NCBI GenBank assembly: GCA_032718475.1
Contig: JAUCBJ010008464.1
Location: 71,816 to 135,815, forward strand
Direction: 5' to 3'
Length of the DNA stretch: 64,000 nt
Source: Nemertoderma westbladi
Lineage: Eukaryota > Animalia > Xenacoelomorpha
A program made the position numbers and the translations under genes. Positions 60,256 to 64,000 of the stretch are shown one piece after another. Below the pieces are notes generated by a model. The model worked only from the letters and a program-made list of their open reading frames with translations, did not search any database and was not told the origin of the DNA. Numbering within the stretch: the first letter of the stretch is position 1; each line of letters opens with the position of its first letter.

Positions 60256-61934
60256 ATATTAACTCTAGAACATTGCAATATTGTGTTTATTGTTAATTTT
60301 AGCATATTGAACGAACAACATGACAGCATACTTTGTATTTTTAAGGATCGTTTTCTAATACAAAGACGCGTATTCAATTTTTTCAAGCCTTGCGTAGCAT
60401 TTAAATCCATTTCCTTGAATTACAGTAATATCGCTCCAGATGTCGTGGGGTTGTTCCCCTGCAGGCGGGCCAGGATAGTTTTCGTTTTGGCACAAATGCT
60501 AAGGGACTAACCAAAGAGGGCGCGCGCATATTTGCTTTGTTTCTTAAATGGTCGTTAAATGAGTACCAGTTATCTCATGGCCTGTCTGTAAGGAGTATAG
60601 TTCTGAGGGGTCTATACTGGAAATGAGTCGTTAGACCTTTTCTATTTTTCGTACTTTTTACAAGGAGGTCTCCTTGTTTTTTTTCATTTCCGCACTCATT
60701 GCCTCTAACATAAGGTAAGGACGATAAGACCGTATCTGTGCAACTACTGTATTTGTTTAATTATCTTATTTAATTAATTGTTGCAGAAATAACGTTATTT
60801 TATTTTCTTCAATACTAGACTCTTTTCACCGATAAATAAATAAAGATAAACCAACTTTACTATGGATATTCGTAATAATAATACGATTTGTTCATATTTT
60901 TAGAAACACTAGCTACTGTACCATTTTTATGAATAGACTAACTACCATTGAAAACACTACCTACCACAAAAAATAAACATGTAACGAGTCGGAAATATGT
61001 TCCAGAACATAAATCACTAGCCAAAATAGCTATACAAAGGCAGAATTATGGTGACACGGGTTAGTTACACTATTACCCCCCTCCCCCCCCCCCCCCCCCC
61101 CCCAGTAAAATTTAATTAAATTAATAAGATATGGCAAACAACGAAAAGATATAAAGTTTTTTTATGCCGTTTCTATCTAATTTAATGATGCTCGCATGGC
61201 TTTTGGTGAGGTAAGATTGTAATAAGAGTTATCATTCTTACGAATACTGGAGTGGAATTTAAAGTGCCAAACTGCCAATCTTATTGGGATGGTAATTTTG
61301 CTTATGTGAAATATTTAGCTACGGTACATTATTGAAAGAAACCGTAGCAAGTTTGGTATATTGCTGTACCATAGAATAATACATAAAATTATATGAATAT
61401 ACTGCAACATATATTTTCTAGAATCCCGTATCAGAGCAATTTCTAAGAAAACAGTATAATTTTAGGAAAAAACAACATTTATAGAACATTTTTTTTCAAA
61501 TTATACGATTATAATTTTACCTAGTATGCGAAAATTAACAATAAAATACAATAATTAGTAAGTTAATATAAAAAGCACTCCAGAATATAACATTGCGAAT
61601 AATGTAGTCACTATTTTAAAATGTAGCTACAGTAATTTAAATGTAGCTAGCTACCCGTGACAATTTCGATCCAGCAAATTTAATTCCAGCACTAATTAGA
61701 TTGCCCGTTGGGTACAAGTGACCTCTCAATAATTTCTTTTGTTACATTATGTCAACTTAACAGCGTTCTGGTGAATACTCGTAACGCTGCAAAGTAATCA
61801 ATACCATGGAAACAACTTAAATTACCGCATTCCAGAATGTATTATTTCCATTTATATTAATGAGTGCTGCTTTATTCAATAAAGCAGCACGTGTTTGCAT
61901 AATGCGTGCGTCCAGTTTAAAGTGACGGGACTAG

Positions 61935-63138
61935 CGGATCTAGGACACTTCCCTCCCGGACAGTTCCCCCCCGGACACTACCCCCCCCCGGACACTTCCC
62001 CCCCGGCCACTTCCCCCCCAGACACCCCCCCCCCCAGTTAAAGTGTTAAAATTAATCTGGTTGCACCAAAGCAATAAACAAAAGTTAAAGATGGTTACAG
62101 GACAAGTTGTATCGAGACTAGTTTTTTCAAAATTATAAAAGAAAAATTTTTAAAGTCAAATTTTGTTTGTTTTTCTTTTAATTGGGGGCTACCGCCCCCA
62201 AACCCCCGCTTCTTTTGTTGAGGGCTGCTGCCCCAAAACCCCTGCTTCTTTTCTTGGGGGCTGCCGCCCCCAAACTCACGCTTCTTTTCTTGGGGGCTGC
62301 CGCCCCCAAACCCCTGCTTCTTTTGTTGGGGGCTGCGGCCCCTAAACCCCCGCTTTTTTGGTTGGGGGCTGCCGTCCCCAAACCCCGGCATTCCCTGTGT
62401 GCCCGTGGTGAAAGACTTTGAGACCATTTTGAAATAATAAATTCATGTTTGTATCATCAGATAATAAATTGACTAAGCCTAAAGCAGCTGAGCTGTATTG
62501 AACGTTAACCAAATTAATATATAAATTACTACAATATTATATAATTCAACAAAATCCTATTAAAAATATCGCAAGTAACCAGGAAATTAAATTAATTTAT
62601 CAATATGTAATGCTGAACACAGAATACAGGTCGACGCATGTCGATTTTACCCTGGAGAGGTATAATTTTGATTGCAACAATAATATTCATCCCCCTCTGC
62701 TACAATTTGAAGAAGACTATTACATAATAATACCTATAATTAAAACAATTAATTATTATAATTCTATAGTTAATAAAAACAGTATATCATTCGGGGGATG
62801 GAATTTATAGGTCATCTAATTAATTGTTTAAAAATTAGCAAACAATACGATGTAATTGCATTGATAAAATCCATAAATAAAACTTGGATACAAAATGTAA
62901 AATCGGGATGCAAAAGATCACTTTCTGAGCTACGAAAGGCAAATTGGATGCAACTTGTCTGGTTATACAAGCGGTCCGTTTACCTTAAATTACAAATTGA
63001 AAAATAAGAATGTGCGAAGTTAAGAACAGTCGGGGGGAAGTGTCCGGGGGGGGGGTGTCTGGGGGGGAAGAGTCCGGGGGGGAAGTGTCTGGGGGGGGGG
63101 GGAGAGTCCGGGGGGGGGGGGGGGGGGGAAGTGTCCTA
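61935..63138. mobile_element. Non-autonomous DNA transposon with C/G-tract subterminal repeats
   Basis: TAGGACACTTCCC... at 61941 and ...GGGAAGTGTCCTA at 63138; internal ~39-bp minisatellite at 62182-62390. Confidence 0.75.
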
Positions 63139-63559
63139 CTTGAACGGGAGGCACTGTCCGGGGGGTAAGATTAATACTGAACTGTCACATCAAAGATTTA
63201 TCCCATCCATGCAGGAGATAACAACAATAAACTTTAATTAGATAAAATGTATAGTACCGGTACCTGTTAATATTGTTTACTAATATTCGAAATAGTACAA
63301 AATTAAAATGTATAAATGAGTATCCATAAAATCCTTTCATCACATACCGAACGCTGATAAGTTGACATAATGTAGCAAAATTACATACATCATTGTGTGC
63401 AAAGGTCAATTTTCAGCGTTAAAGACCCTTTGTTTATTTATGTAAACCTCCCTCGCTGCGCTCGCTCGGTACATAAGTAAACTCGGGTCATAACGCTGCA
63501 AAGTGTTACAATGATATAAATAGTTATTAATTTAAATCTATCACTGATTAAACCACCAT

Positions 63560-63790
63560 CTTATTCCCGTAATGTCTGGTTGTATAATCGATGTAATTAT
63601 GAGTTGTTAGGCGCCAAACTTCGCACAGCGCAGTGGTCTAATTTATATAATGAGTGTGATACCGTAGACATGCTAGTGAAAAAATGGACTAATCTCTTAA
63701 AAATTACTGCAAAAACCGCCACACCAAATAAAACAGTTACAATCAAACCAAATGACAAACCGTGGTATTCCAATGTTACAACACGAATAA
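63560..63790 (+). mobile_element. CR1/L2-group LINE fragment
   Basis: VWLYNRCNY...W....TPNKTVTIKPNDKPWY, typical of the endonuclease-RT linker. Confidence 0.6.
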
Positions 63791-64000
63791 TATGACCTGA
63801 AATATATCGTACCTTGTTGATTACGGCTTTTTGGATACGTGTCGATGTGCGGCACGAAAAATACAAGTAGCACAAATTTCATAATGAAAAATCATTACCA
63901 AATCAACCTGATTTTATAACATTTGGGGTTTTTTAGGATGCTGATCACGAATATGACACTCATAAATATCGTATTATCCATCCAACCAAATTTGATTTTT

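Noticed and set aside
62095-62427. Repetitive ORFs (GFGGGSPQ..., GAAAPK...)
   Set aside because: They are translations of a 39-bp minisatellite inside a MITE, open in several frames.

Overview
Eukaryotic (most likely aquatic invertebrate) repeat-dense window made mostly of nested retrotransposons. Four copies or fragments of one unusual BEL/Pao LTR family are present. A/D is a decayed, formerly autonomous copy (+, ~4417-27842). B is a pol-deleted copy nested in A/D (-, 6960-17861). E is an inverted LTR (27843-28904). C is a young pol-deleted copy (+, 39783-51853, TSD GCAAT) that interrupts an otherwise intact GalEa-like Copia element (38144-55500, TSD CAATG). The main finding is that this BEL/Pao family has no tRNA primer-binding site. 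The 12-13 nt immediately after the 5' LTR are instead perfectly complementary to a site inside the element's own LTR, and the two sites change together between copies B and C. This is the signature of Tf1-like RNA self-priming, which I know only from Ty3/Gypsy chromovirus-type elements. The family also carries a large extra ORF downstream of pol (coiled coil, three CCHC knuckles, basic tail). Other contents are a B-box/hammerhead-ribozyme insert, a Helitron, MITEs, LINE fragments, a 31-bp minisatellite and two exons of a host F-type-lectin-like gene. All calls are by eye, with no database searches.
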